NCBI GenBank assembly: GCA_976551045.1
Contig: CDPCPM010000076.1
Coordinates: forward strand, 15,066,001-15,130,000
Direction of reading: 5' to 3'
Origin: Glaucostegus cemiculus
Taxonomy: Eukaryota
DNA: 64,000 nt
Position numbers and translations under genes: made by a program. Below are positions 26,241 to 39,530 of the stretch, piece by piece (within the stretch, counting starts at the first letter, position 1; each line of letters starts with the position of its first letter). Below the pieces are notes generated by a model that made no database searches, was not told the DNA's origin, and worked only from the letters and a program-made list of their open reading frames with translations.

Positions 26241-28329
26241 GCTAATACAATTCACCATAGGTATGAACCATGTTCATGACTGTGCTTTATTGGAACAGTT
26301 TAGGGAGCTGTCAGTGGTAGACAGTTGCTGACAGCTTGTTGATTAGGGTTATAGGAGTTTCAACAACTACAGTGAAGCAACTGGATGTTGACCCTTCAAG
26401 GTATTGGCAAATAGGTGGGAGCATGTTTGTTTCTGGCTACAGAAGTTTTGGCAGTGTCCATAATTTAGCCAGGCAATTCTTCGTTCTAATAGACATAGTA
26501 AACAATAACTACTAGAAAACCAGAATGTATCAGTGTCCTAAAGACAACATTGTGCACTGATTTCAATATTTTGTTTGCAAGTTTCAGACAGAAGTGTGGC
26601 CACCTATTCTGATGTCTGATTGAAAATCAACACAAGCAGCCCTCGGGCATTGAATGGTGGTCATTCTTAGGAAATGTCATCACTCGTATCATTCATGCAG
26701 TGTAGTAGGCAGATGATCATCTCTGATTTTGTCAGGAGAAGAAGAAAGAAAAGTTGCAACAAAAATTATACATGCACTTCTTACTGCATGTTCAAACTAA
26801 CCTTCAAAGAGCCTTGTTTAACACCAGTACCTTAACGTCCTTAATGGTCTGCAGGAGCTCAAGAAATCCTTTGGGTAGAGCAGCAGGAGTACTGTCAGAT
26901 TTTCTTCTTGTCCCTGCCTTATGAGATCAAATAGACTCTTAAAGGGCAGATTGGAAGTCGTGCTGATTTTGTCTGACCTATAAAAAGCCCTGAAGGTTTG
27001 AAAAGTCTGTGTGTGTTCTTAGGCAGTAATGAAGGAGAAAGGGTATGTTAATTGGTGATTAGTTAACGCCAGGAAGCATTTGTACAGATGCTTTGAATCT
27101 GGAAGCGAGTTAATTACCAATTAATATATATCTTTCCATTGAAAAAGCACAGTTTAAGTGATCAGTTTCTGAGTTCAAATGGAAAAAACTTAAGAATTTC
27201 ACAGGTTTCAGCTTCCATCAAAAATTTGATTTCTCACAGGACTGAATGCACTGCATTGGTACACAGGTCCACCCCAGCTTACGAATGCTCAACTTATGTA
27301 CAGCCTGTACATATGAATGAGCATTTGGGAGACCAGTGTTATGGGTGTGCTGGCAGCTGTGGGGCTGCAGGCATCTTCTGCTGCCCAGGAGCTAAGTTTG
27401 CAGCCACATTTTTGACTTGCAAACTGTTTGGGTTGCAAACAGTTCACCGGAATGGAACCCTGCCGTAACTGGGTAGGACCTGTGGTCAGGGTTAATGTTA
27501 GTGATATGTGAGCTCATTTCAACCAATCAGCAAACACTTTAAATGCAGACTACTCGTATTCCAGAGAGTTGCAGTGACTGGAAACTTGAAATGTTGCCTT
27601 AAACTACATGCAAATAATGATTGACCAAAAGCAAATTTCAAACTGACAAACTGGTTCTCCTTTAACACTTCCCTCATCTTGCAAGGAAATCTTTTAAGTA
27701 CTGTTGAAGTGAAGGAGCCAAATAACTGGAATGTATTTGTCTCTGTTTGAACAGTTTGACATCAAAAAATACATCATGGCATGGTAGTAGTTTCTATCCT
27801 TCCATCCCACGCACCCCTTTTAAAGGACACAGACTCCAGTTTATCAAGGCAAGAGATTTCAGTATTACTGCCTCGATGGTCTTTGATGGTTCATTTGTAG
27901 CTGAAAAAAAATTGCACCTCTGTGTACAACTGAAACCAAACTGATCAGCAATGTTTTGGATTTCATCCCCAGACCCTACAAATGGAGCAGCTCAAGGAGG
28001 TGGTGATAATTATCTTCAGTGAACTGGGCTAGATATGCAGAAATTGGCTGCACTTATGCTAAGCTGCAATCCTTGCTAGAAAGTGCATATGTTGGAGGAA
28101 AAAAAGATCAACTTGGCAGTTATGACATCCCCATTAAATAGCTTGCTTGCATTTCTTGGCTTCTATTGTCCAACATGATTAATTCAGTCATCATTGGTCA
28201 GATGGCTTCAGCAAAAATTTGCTAAATGTATTATCTTTAGTCTCCTTTATGCATAGCCATCCTCTGCTATTAGCCTTGTCATAAACAGCACCTATTCACC
28301 AATTTACTTGTTATTGGGTATAATAGTAT

Positions 28330-28660
28330 GGTGTTAAAATTACTGAATTAGAGAACAGGGTTCTGAACCATAGATCCTGAGTCAAGACTTTGAATCCCAA
28401 CATGACAGCTGTGGAATTTAAATTCAAGTCATTAGATAAATCTGGAAGTTTTTAAAAGGTTAGTCTTGGTAACAGTAATTAGATTGTGGTTTAAAAAAAA
28501 CATCTGGTTCATTAATATCCTTCAGGGAAGAAAACCTGAAGTCCTTCCCCTGTCTGGCCTATATGTGACTGCAGACTCACCAGTGTGGTTGACTTTCAGA
28601 TGCCTCCTCAGTTCAAGGACAGTTAGTGATGGACAATAATGTTGGCATTGTCTCATTCTG
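28330..28660 (+). mobile_element. SINE sharing its 3' end with the CR1/L2-group LINE
   Basis: tRNA-like head with ttgaatccca, catctggttcattaatatccttcagggaag core, and tail ggacagttagtgatggacaataatgttggc similar to the LINE tail at ~6570. Confidence 0.6.
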
Positions 28661-30239
28661 TGACACTTTTTTTATGGAGAAGTATGCTTTTGTTCAATAT
28701 TGGCTGGTTTTCTTTACACCAAGAAGAATTGATCTGGCTTTGAGTCGAGAGTTTAGACTTGGCTGTTCAGAAATGTCAATTCTGAGGAAGCATGAAGGAC
28801 ATTGAGCATCTTCCCTTTGGTTGTTAAGGGTGTATGGGGTTGGGGGCTGGTAACAGGAAGAACACTCAAGGAATGGCTGAATGAAAATGTTCAAGGTTCT
28901 GAAATGAATTGATAAGACCAATGTAATTGACTAATGCCGGTGATTCCAACTGGAGACTAGTCTCCTTTACTTTCTTGGTCCTGACCAAGTACAGAGACCA
29001 TGCAATTATCACACTGGGCTCTGCATGTCTTCACCTAATTTTGGATATAATCTAGCAGACAGAAATAGTTTCAGATGTTCCTCTGTCTCTGGGGTCAGGC
29101 TTGCAGGGTAAAGGGGGATATTTGATATCACCAAAATTATTGATGCTATGGAATCTCTCATAGAGTGATCTGAGCTTTGATCTGTTTCCTCACAATAAAT
29201 CATGATCTTGTGTGCTGAAGGAATACCTAGCTGCTGCTTCTCTCTTCTCTGCCTTGCTGGAGCAAAAAGCAGAGTAAAAAGTGCACAGCTGAGGTTGGAC
29301 TCTGCCTGCATACAAGGTGAATGTGAAAAAGTCTTGCTCTTAAGCAATAAAACCCAGGAGGAAACATTCAGCTCAAATGAGGGAGAGGGAGTAAAGCACA
29401 GAATCACAGCAGAAAGAAAACTAGGTAATGCCACTGGCAATCCCCTGTGACCAATGTGACAGATGCAGCTTGCAGCTTCTCTCCTCTGTAATGATTCAAG
29501 TGTGTGTTGACACCTCAGGAAATGGCTCGCTGCTGAGCACCTTGCGCCTAGGATTTGTTTCTAGATCTGAATGTGAATGCAGCATGAGAGGCCTCACTAG
29601 CTGTACAGCAATGGTGTACTGAATGTGTTAGGGCATGTGATGGCTCAGTTGAGTATTTTTCCCTTATGTATTTAACCCCTTTCAGTCAACAATTTGCACT
29701 GAATATTACTTGGCACATGCTCAGAAAACACTCCAGAGGCTGCTGAAGCAGTTCTAGCAACTGCTGAAAGAGAGGGGAAAAGAAAGAAACACAAAGGAGC
29801 CCTTATAGCACAAGTATCAACAGGCTCACAGCTGATAAATTAGGCACACTGCTGTCTACACTCCGTGAGCTGGAATGCTAAACTAATTTGTTTAGTAGCT
29901 CAACAATGCCGAGTGCAATCCACTGTAATAAAATGCCAGCAAGGCATTAAAAATCTGAAATCATTCTGTTTGAACAGAAATTGTTGCCTCTAACATCAGG
30001 TGGGTCAGGGCCTCTTGTTTACATTAACTAAATAAGAGTGATTGCATTAGATTCTGAGATTTTTGCCAGTGCCTTTAGGGTTCCTATTCTCTGTCTGTTA
30101 ATTTATATCAAAAACAGGAAAGCAAGTTACCTTGTTTAAAATATAAAGCCCCTGCTTCCTAATAATCTCAGTACTTATTTCTGGTAATTAATAATTTTGT
30201 TCTTATGGTATTTAATACCAGATTTGTACTGCCTGGAAC

Positions 30240-30680
30240 TGGGTGTCAGTCTCAAAATAAAGGGTTAGCCAATCAGTGCTGAGAGGAGGAGAAACCTCTT
30301 CACCCAGAGTGCAGTGAATCCCTGGAATTCTCTACCCAAGGGGGCTGAGAAGGTTCAGTTACTAAGTATATTCAAGAAGGATCTATTGGTTTTTAAATTT
30401 TATGGGAATGGAGGAATATGGTGATAGTGCAGGACAGTGGAACTGAGCCAAAGGATCAGCCATGTTCCATCCCTTAATCAAAATAATTGGCTGATGGTTT
30501 AGGATAAATGTACGTTTAAAATCGGCATTTAAAAGACACTTGGACAAGTACCTGGAGGGGAAGGTTTCAAGGGATATGAGTTAAATGCCATCAAATGGGA
30601 CTAGCTCAAATAGACATCTTGGTCAACATAGACGAGTTGGGCCAAAGGGCCTGTTTCTGTGCTGTATAATTCTGACTCTA
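30240..30680 (+). mobile_element. Two tandem CR1 LINE 3' ends
   Basis: RRNLFTQSAVNPWNSLP (CR1 C-terminal FFTQRVV..WN.LP motif) at ~30285-30340. A second tail gggccaaagggcctgtttctgtgctgtataattctgactcta ends ~30680. Confidence 0.8.
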
Positions 30681-31849
30681 GGAAATCACCATCTGATCTG
30701 ACAAACGTGTTCCCTACTGACCAGACACTATTTACTTGACTGTAGATCCTGAAGAGGCAAATAAAAACAAAAAGAGACCGAAGACCATGAAGGGAAAGGT
30801 AAAATTCTCCCTAATCCAAGAATTGCCAGAAAAGGTATTTAGTCTGCTCAAACAGTATATCAAACAGCATAATAGTGACATGGTTTGTGGTGCTACAGTT
30901 TTATCATCCTCTACATTTCATTTCACCTGAGAAGCTTATACTTTCTGGCGATTCTTGTCATGGTGATAAATGTTCTGTGAGGAGGCTGAGAAGAAAGCTC
31001 AATGAGTGATGTCGCTTTAGGTCATTATGGACGACCTGATGAGTGGCGACATCTTATACGATGCTGCCACAAATCATTCCATTCATAATATGTAGCATGA
31101 ATAACATGAATAATTCAATATGTGGAGCAGAGTGGAGTTAACTTAAGAAATGCAGAAGGAACTGTCTAGACTTATTACTTTTGTTGTGTGATGTCAAGCC
31201 AATGTACATTTACCCTAAGCCATCAGCCAATTATTTTGATTAAAGGATGGATAAGATGGAGATGTGTTGCTTCTCTTTAGGTAGTTTACACCACATAAAT
31301 TTCCTTTTCCTTCAGACATAATAGCTACTTTATTCAGAATCTCAACTAAGCCTGGTTTCTATGGCAATAATCAGTATATTTCATCAAAGCTTCCTTAAAA
31401 GTTTGTTTTAAAACTTATGAATTCATTTATGGCAGTGCCAGCAGCCATATTGCACCAGAATAACAATGTCTTTTTTCCAGCAATCCCCCCTTTCACAAGT
31501 AGTTGTAAATCCCACAATACTGTGCAGCCCGTACTCCAAATCCTGACATCCCTCTGAGTAATGTCTTCAGAGCCATGAAATCAACCCCATAAAAGGAACT
31601 TTCTGTTCTCCTGCATCCATTCACACATTTGATGGCTATTACAGAGCCATCAAGCAGACTAAAACATTATTTGCTGCCCAAATGATAGCAATTTAGCTAT
31701 CATTTTTTCTGCATTTCAAACAAAAATATTGATGGCCGTTTATCCCATCCTCTGCCTAACTGGTAATAGCAAAGCTGACACTATACAGCTCTGTACTGCC
31801 TGCCCTGTTACTCATTGATACATGAGGTTGATTACTTTTCTTTGTACCT

Positions 31850-32120
31850 TTCCTTTATTCAGCCAGGCCACCATTTATTGTCCATCCATAATTGCACTTC
31901 AGATGGCTACAAGAAACTGTCTTCTTGAACCCTTGCAGTCTGTCTGGTAAAAAGCTCCCATGATGGGGAAGGAGTGTCAGGATTTTGACCCCTACAACAA
32001 TGAAGGAAAGGTGCCTATCACCCATGTGCTTCTAGGTAGCAGATGTCATGTAGAGAGTGGTGCCGATGAAATAACCTGTGAGTTTCTGGAATACTGCTCA
32101 CACTGCATCCATAGTTCATA
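31850..32120 (-). mobile_element. CR1/L2-group LINE 3' fragment
   Basis: atttattgtccatccataattgcactt...cttcttgaacccttgcagtc is the same family as 25463-26240. Confidence 0.65.
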
Positions 32121-34877
32121 GTAGTATATGCAGACAAAAGCTTATTCATTATCTGAGGATTTGTGAGTAATCATCAGCAATGATGATCAAGGAATGGGAA
32201 TATTGGCCATCTTGAGCCTTTGGCACCCTTTTCCTGAGGTCAACTCTGAAAGACTACAAGCAAAATGTTTTTTTTAAAGAAAATACTTGCTGTCACTTCT
32301 CAGGAGCTGTCTCTCCTGGGGCAAGAACCTCACAGTGACAACATATATTACCACAAATACTCTATAGCAAGGTGCTTTGATCTGCAGTGCAAACATTTTC
32401 AGAAATGACTTGTATTTTAACTAATTGTTTTGTTGAATACTTGTTGAACTCCTGGTTAAATTGAAGCATAACGTACTATAATTTTTAATCATCAGTTAAG
32501 TTTCATTGTACTCAGAATCTGATTTTTAGTCTGTCAGCATTTTACAACTAATGAACTGAAGATGAGAATCATTCAGCAGTGATTTGTTTCTGCTGGTTTT
32601 CAGCTGCAAGGAGATCTTGACTACTGTTCACATAAGTTTGGAGTAAAATGTCATCATACCTTACTGAGTTTGTACTCTGCATACAATGGGAGTATGTTGT
32701 CAAATTAGGTGCCTGACTCGATTATTATTGATCATGGACTGCTAACTAAGTTTAAGGTGGTAATTGATTCTAGCACTCATGTGGGCAGTGCAGTTAACTT
32801 CAGATATTTGCTGAACTATGAAGTGAGCAAACATTTGGATTTTCACATTCTAACTAACATGGGAAAAGAGAATTATTAAGGAATTTTAATTGTGTATTTA
32901 ATTGGAGTATATATAAATATATATTTGAACAAGGGGCATGATGAGTCTTGATAGTTCTACAATACTGTTCGGTAGTTATGATGAGTCTTGCCAGATTTTA
33001 TACATTTCAAAGTCAGTGATCTGAACTTAGGATCTTCTGTGTATTGATGGGAAAGCTCCAAAATTTGTGATCTTTTGCCAGCTTGATTGTTGATGTGGAA
33101 ACGGTTCTGGAAGAATGTATATAAAATAATCAAATGTAGTCTTCATCAGACCTAGGCATATCTGAGTGATCCTTAATTCAAACCAGCATTAAATTTGAGT
33201 CTAGTCCAGAAAGCAAAGGAGCAAGTAGATAATCTCGGTCAGCTTGGAATCTTTCCAGAAACGATATTAATGAATGTTGAATACATAACCAGTTCAGGAA
33301 AGGCAGCCAGCAAAAATTGTTCCTGTTCTTAGCAGGGGCAATGTAAACAGATTCTGCTGCGGTAGCCAGTGAACATTTAGCTCTCATTTCACAGTCAGTT
33401 CAGTTTCTTTTTACTTGGATCTTTATTCAACATAGGACTTTAGTTCTGACAGTGTTGTGCTCTTCTATCTCCTTTGCTAAGTGGGAGCTTCAGGTTTGAG
33501 AGCTGTATGGGCTAATAATTTGATTATATTTTAGCCAAGTAGGGGCTTCAGAGATTAAGCTAATGGTTTGGGGTGCAGATGATATATAAAAGATCCTTTC
33601 AATTAAGATCACAAGACATGAAAGAACTATTCAATATGCTTAAATTCACTCTTCTTTTGAGGACCAAACTCTACATTGGAAGATCTGCTGCCTCTGGTAG
33701 TTTGCATAAAGGTTATGCAGGTGCACCTAAGCAGAGGATAATGGAGTTCAACTTCCTGACAAGCTCATTTTTATTTTGTATACTAATTTCTTCATGATTG
33801 GAGGAGCTACAGTTCCATCGTCCCACAGTCAGGTCCTTCAAGATTGCATTCACCTCTGTCTGAATGTCTGATGTCACATTCTAAATGAATCTGCCAAACC
33901 ACTGTGTCAACCTAAAATTGGTGCACCAGTAGGGAAATCATTCAAATTCTAAGAAGGCAGTACTTTTCTCACTGATATTCAAATGTTACAATAACAATTG
34001 TTCTGCATTCCTTGTGTTCATAGAATTTATTTGTTTTAAGGGCTAGACTTTAAATATAATCCACAAACTCTGTCTTAATCATAGAGAAAGCAACATTTTT
34101 CCTCTGGAGTTGTGAAATGTTTATTTCAACATAGCTATTCAAGGATCCATGTCTGACAAGGTACATTGAATGTAGCAAATGAATTTGATATTTTTTCTCT
34201 CCCCTTTCTGGTTGGTAATCATACTCTCACTATTGGAATTTCCTGAGGTTATCCACTAGGCTTTCCAATCTCTGCTGTCCCTAGCTATAGTTCACCTTAC
34301 TGAGGAGTGACATTGCAGGAATGGATTGTACATTGTGTACACTGCAGCCAAAACATTGCAGCTGCCTGCTCCTTGCTGGAGATATTGATATTTCTCAGAA
34401 CGTTTCCATGTCAGGCATCCCAAATCTGCAACACACTCTGTGGCTTATAATACCAGCTCTGGCCTGCTTGTCAAAACCACGGATCCCAGTGCAATTTGGT
34501 AATTCATAGTAAACTTTTCCTGAATTACTGAGATTTGATATGTCAGCCTGGGTTGATGACTAGCTTTTGAACTGTGCTACCATAAAGCACACAAATGTGG
34601 GTAATAAGTCCTCGGGCAGTTGATTTCTAGCTAGGATTTCCTGTAGAATACCATTATCCGTGCTAGTGCATAAGAATGTTTGTCTTAATAATTTGGAGAA
34701 TTTCTCCCAAGGCCTAATGCACCCTTGGCAGTCTGTGAACGACTAACAGGTTTCCCTTTTCAGATAATAAGGTTATTTGAGAAATTATCCAGATGTCACT
34801 CTTTCCCACCTTTTCCATATATGGAGATACCTTGTTCAGTTAGCTACTTGGAGTCTTGTTAACATTGCTGTTCATTG

Positions 34878-35310
34878 AATCAGAGATTTTTTGCAGCATA
34901 GAAGGAGAGCATTCAGCCCATCAAATCCATGCCAGCTCCCTGTAGAAAAATGTATTCAATCACATGCCCCCACTCCTTCTGTAGCCCTGTAAGTTGTTAT
35001 GCCTCATGCGTTTCCAGTTCCCTTAAGAAAGCCCTGATGACTGCTTCCACCATCCTTACAATTTCAAGATTGTTATAACTCTCTGTATAAAATTCCCCTG
35101 CATCTTTTGCCCTTCACTTTAAATCTGTTTCCTTAACTCCTTAAACTACCTGCTAATGGGAACAGCTTCTCTCCATGTACCCTATTTAAAGTACATCATA
35201 GTCTCAAAAACTCTTCTTTCAACTTTTGTATCTCCAAGGAGAACAGCTTCAATAATCGAGTCCCTCGTCCCTTAAACATTCCAGTAACATTTCCTCTGCA
35301 CCCTTTCATC
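34878..35310 (-). mobile_element. CR1 LINE 3' fragment
   Basis: cagcatagaaggagagcattcagcccatcaaatccatgcc...ctccaaggagaacagc...tttcctctgcaccct is the reverse complement of a CR1 3' end. Confidence 0.75.
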
Positions 35311-35631
35311 CAGCATGTTGCTTATTCTTTGCTATATGGACCAATATCCACATATGACTACTGTTGTTTCTACCAGCTGCCTCTTCCTCCATATCAGTTT
35401 GGGCTTCTCTGTCCACCATGACTTCTGCCTCTGATTTAATTTCCATGCCTGGTGCCATCAGATTCTGATGCTGTAGACTCACATTCTGGATAGGGTGTAT
35501 CCTTTCCAACTCATCATCCTGCTGGAATACATCCACCATAAGCATTGGCAAAATAACTATCAGTCTTAACATTTTGCACAGATATAGAAGTAACCATTTG
35601 CCTGAAGTGGCACTGAAAACTACAATTAAAA

Positions 35632-35824
35632 ATTAAAATAAATGCACAAGTTGCAGGAAATAATTCAGTGGGTTCAGTTGCAGTTGTAAGAGTGAGGATG
35701 ACAGAATTAACATTTCAGATCAATGGCTGGTTTAAGACCATCAATCTAAATATTAACTGTTTCCCTCCATAGATGTTGCCTATCTTTCTGAGTATTTTCA
35801 TATTTCTAGCACCTGCAATTAAAA
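35632..35824. mobile_element. Penelope-derived fold-back (inverted repeat) element
   Basis: Left arm ttgcaggaaataattcag...acagaattaacatttcagatcaatgg pairs imperfectly with right arm ccatcaatctaaatattaactgt...ctgagtattttc...cctgcaa. Confidence 0.6.
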
Positions 35825-36339
35825 CCAAGCAATTAATTCAAACTAACCTGTCAACAGGGTGTATTTCTTTCAGAGCCTTTCCGGCACCCTTTAAGTTGAC
35901 ACTCATACCCGATTAATTGAATTACAATTATATGCAAGCTCTGAATGATCATAATTTACTACTTAGTCTGCAGTGGCTTAGTAGTTTCAATAGATGTTAA
36001 TCTTGTTTAACAAGTTAAGGTATTAGAATTTGCAAAATGATGGGGTTTCAGGGGTTGGAATGATATCTTGTATTTCATTCTAAATTTGCAAAATGTCAGT
36101 CCAAAGAGATTTAATAACTGAAACAAGTATTTTGAAAGTCAGTCTACACGACAAAATCAGTGCTATTCTTCATTTGACTCCTTGATCTGAAGGGAAGACT
36201 ATTCCCCACTCATTGCTTCTAAAGTGCCACTTAGCCAGAAAGAAGATCCCAATCTTTTAAGATAAAACGTGTTGGTCTTTATCAGTCCTGAAATGCTGCA
36301 GCCCCCCACCTCACCCCTCCACCCCTCTGTGTGTCCTGC

Positions 36340-36520
36340 CATCCACCAACACTAGGAGCAACTTAGGAGCAAATTGTAGCCAATTAACCTACCAATCAGT
36401 ATGCCTTTGGCATATAAGTAGAAACAGAGCACCCAGGGGAACTTGCATAGTCACAGGGAGAAAATGTAAACCCTGCACAGGTAAGGATTGAACTCTGATC
36501 TCTGGGACTGTAAGGCACCT
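36340..36520 (-). mobile_element. HE1-like SINE fragment
   Basis: gccaattaacctaccaatc...gagcacccagggggaac..gtcacagggagaaaatgtaaac...ggattgaactc. Confidence 0.7.
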
Positions 36521-36978
36521 TTGGAACTGAAGATTTAACAGCTGGTTAAAATGAGGATGTGTTTAAAATGAGCTAGCTATCAGGAATTTTTCACTTTCTA
36601 TCATAATCTTTCATGGCAGGTGGGGGTGCTTATTCTGCTCACACTGCATGAGGGTATTATGTTGTACATTGCCCTGTTGTCATGTAGGACGTACCCATTC
36701 AGGAACAGGGCAGCTTTGAGTGGCAAATCAACACCAGTTGATCTGGAACTGGTAAATCCAGACTTAGCATGTCAGTGATGAGTACAGCCTGCTCATTGCT
36801 GAGAGTAAGTTCTGTGGCAATGTTTCAGTACATTTCAGAGTAATTCAGCATATAGGAAGTACTTTCCATGTAATTAAGAACAATATAAATACATGTCTCT
36901 GTATTGCTCCTGGATATGTCAGTCTTAATGTGTATCTAATCACCGAATGGGATAATAATCTTGAGTTCTTTATTCCAG

Positions 36979-37071
36979 CTACGTCCAATGGGTCATACGA
37001 AGGTTTGGAGAACAGAAATGGTGGAGTGTGCAAAACTCGGTCCATGAAAATAATTATGAAAGTTGGACAAG
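36979..37071 (+). CDS. efnb1: Ephrin-B1 coding exon 3 (end of receptor-binding domain)
   Basis: ttccag|CT ACG TCC AAT...GGA CAA G|gtaaac; 93 nt, phase 1-1. Encodes (S)[30 protein letters not shown](D), matching EFNB1 [31 protein letters not shown]. Confidence 0.97.
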
Positions 37072-38459
37072 GTAAACACTGAACCACCGTCCTAACCATA
37101 TCGTTTTTCCCTAAAGTGTGTTGCTAAAGCGCTGCAGGACTTCTGTTAAAACATCACCAAGACTGTGGATAGTTCCGAAATACCAAACTCCAACATAGCT
37201 TTTGCCTTTGGTGAAGTGAGGAATGCCTCTGTTAATCGATGTTAGATTTTGAGCATTGAACAAAGGGGAATGCCTGGGATCCTTCTTACAATATACTCAG
37301 GGTAGAATCCTGAAGATTTGTCCTCTTTTCTATGCAGAATTTTCACTGTTGACCTACACCAAAGCATTTTTGATCAGAGTTTTTGTATTATAATGATCTA
37401 ATTGCACAAATGTACATATATGTACATGTATGTAATTGCTGTGTGTATTTGTCTCTCTGTGTAGTTTTCTTTGTGTGTCTGATTCCTCGACTACTTCTTT
37501 GCCTGAGTCCATTTATCAGAATCTTTGCTACGCATATGTGCCTTATCCTTTCATATATGGCTGCATGTTCATTTCTGTTCATGTTTCTTCTTATCCATGA
37601 CCGTGAAGTTATCTGTATATCTGTCCACATAGATCTCTGTAGCCCTCCGTATCTTATATAATACTACTCCAGCAATTTACCTAAATCTAAACTCACTGGT
37701 TTTACACAGCTTGCTAGATATCCACCTTAATTTCTTTCTGGACTGTTACTAATCTAAAAATGACTTTGTTTGATTTTAATGTTCAACCCTGCATTGCAAA
37801 TTATTTTTGAATTAACCCTGAGAGTAAATACTGGTGAGATTCAGTGGTTCTTCAGTGGCATGGTAGAGAGAGAGTTTTATAAACATTTTATCTTTACCTT
37901 TCTGTATGCACTAACTCTTGCTGGGGTCCAGTTCCAATACTAGATTGTTCAGCCTCTTCCCCAAATCAATACATACTGCCCAACAAGTATTTCTGTTACT
38001 AATTGTAGGAACTCTCATTTCAGTAACCCAATTGCCAATTGTACAAGGCAACCACACTAAAAATGTACTTTAAATATGGTGAATTTTGAAAAGAAATTAA
38101 GAGACTCCTTATTATCATCCCTGTATTGTTGATATTTATTAATGCATAGTTATTACATTGCACTTCCAGGAACAATAACAAAACAAAGATAAACATTTCT
38201 AGAAATTGGCGTTTTTAGCTGTTATAGTTACAGAGATACAGCCACAGTTGTGATACCCCTCATTGAATGTGCTTTGTTAAATTCACTGTTGGCAGATCCA
38301 AGAAACCTAACAGTGAAGCAAACCACGTCTTCCACCCAACTCCATTCTGCCAATTCCCAGGCTTTTCTTATAGTAGTGCTGGATGGAAGGATTGATCCTT
38401 GCCTCTAAACCTCAACAGCTAATAGCAGAACCCTCTTCTTAATGCTATCAAAATTCATG

Positions 38460-38780
38460 GTCATAGAGAGATTTTGCACAGACATGTGTCATTGAGTCCA
38501 CACCGATCATCAATCACCATTCACAATTGCTTTACATTAATTTAATTTTTTTTATCCTACCCACATTCTTATCAACTCCCTCCAGATTCTATCACTCAGC
38601 CACACACGAGGGGCAACTTACAGTGGCTAGTTAACAATTCAGATGTCATTGAGATGTGGAAGGAAACTGGAGTGCCCAGAGGATATGCATGGTCACATGG
38701 AAAATGTTTAAACTCCACATAGACATTACCTGAGGTCAGCATTAAACCCAGGTTTCTGGTGCTGTGAGGCAGCAGCTCTA
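38460..38780 (-). mobile_element. HE1-like SINE
   Basis: ggggcaacttacagtggctagttaac...ggaaactggagtgcccagagg...aaactccacatagaca...attaaacccaggtttctggtgctgtgaggcagcagctcta. Confidence 0.8.
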
Positions 38781-39229
38781 GGTCATTCCTCATTGCAACC
38801 AAGCACAAAAATGGCCTCAGCCCCCAACCCAATACCATTAATTTTTATAATATTTCTGTTATTTTGGCAAGTTTGCATTTCTCATTCATCCTGGTTCCTA
38901 TCAGAGGACAGTGTTCAGTCGTGAGCAGCTGAAGTTTTTGCGCTGTTAGTTTCCATGATTATCACGCATGGGAAATTACAGAAAATGAACCATGAATTAT
39001 AAAAATTCAACTATATATTCATCCTGATCAGAATGATGTACAACATGCAAGAAAGATGATCCAGTAATATTGCTGCTACCATATTTTTCATTGGTAGATG
39101 TCACATAACTAGGAAATACTGTTAAAGTCAACCTTTTAAGTTATTGCAATGTATCCTGTAGGTAATACAGAATGCAGTCACCATTCCACGGCAGTAGAGA
39201 GGCTGCCTACTGTACCAAATAAAAGTGAT

Positions 39230-39530
39230 GCGAGTCTGGCAAACTGCTTTATACTGGATGATGTTGAGCCTCCTGAGTGTGGCCACTCAACATTAAAATG
39301 TTGAGTGGTGAGCATTCGTCAAACCCCTTATTTGAATCATGCGAATAGAAATTTTGAAGAGTTGGTACGTATATTCAGTGATGCTGATGCAACAGGTCCA
39401 GATATCCATAGAGTCTTGATTCTGAGATACTGCCAGTGAATGTCAACTTGAGATGGTTGAGATTTTTAGGAGCTAATTATTAGGTAATTCTGGTGTAGAT
39501 ATTATTGAACAAAGCAAACTGGATGTTGGC
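39230..39530 (-). mobile_element. CR1/L2-group LINE internal fragment
   Basis: ctggatgatgttgagcctcctgagtgt...gagcattcgtcaaacccc is the reverse complement of the ~6110-6190 segment. Confidence 0.5.
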
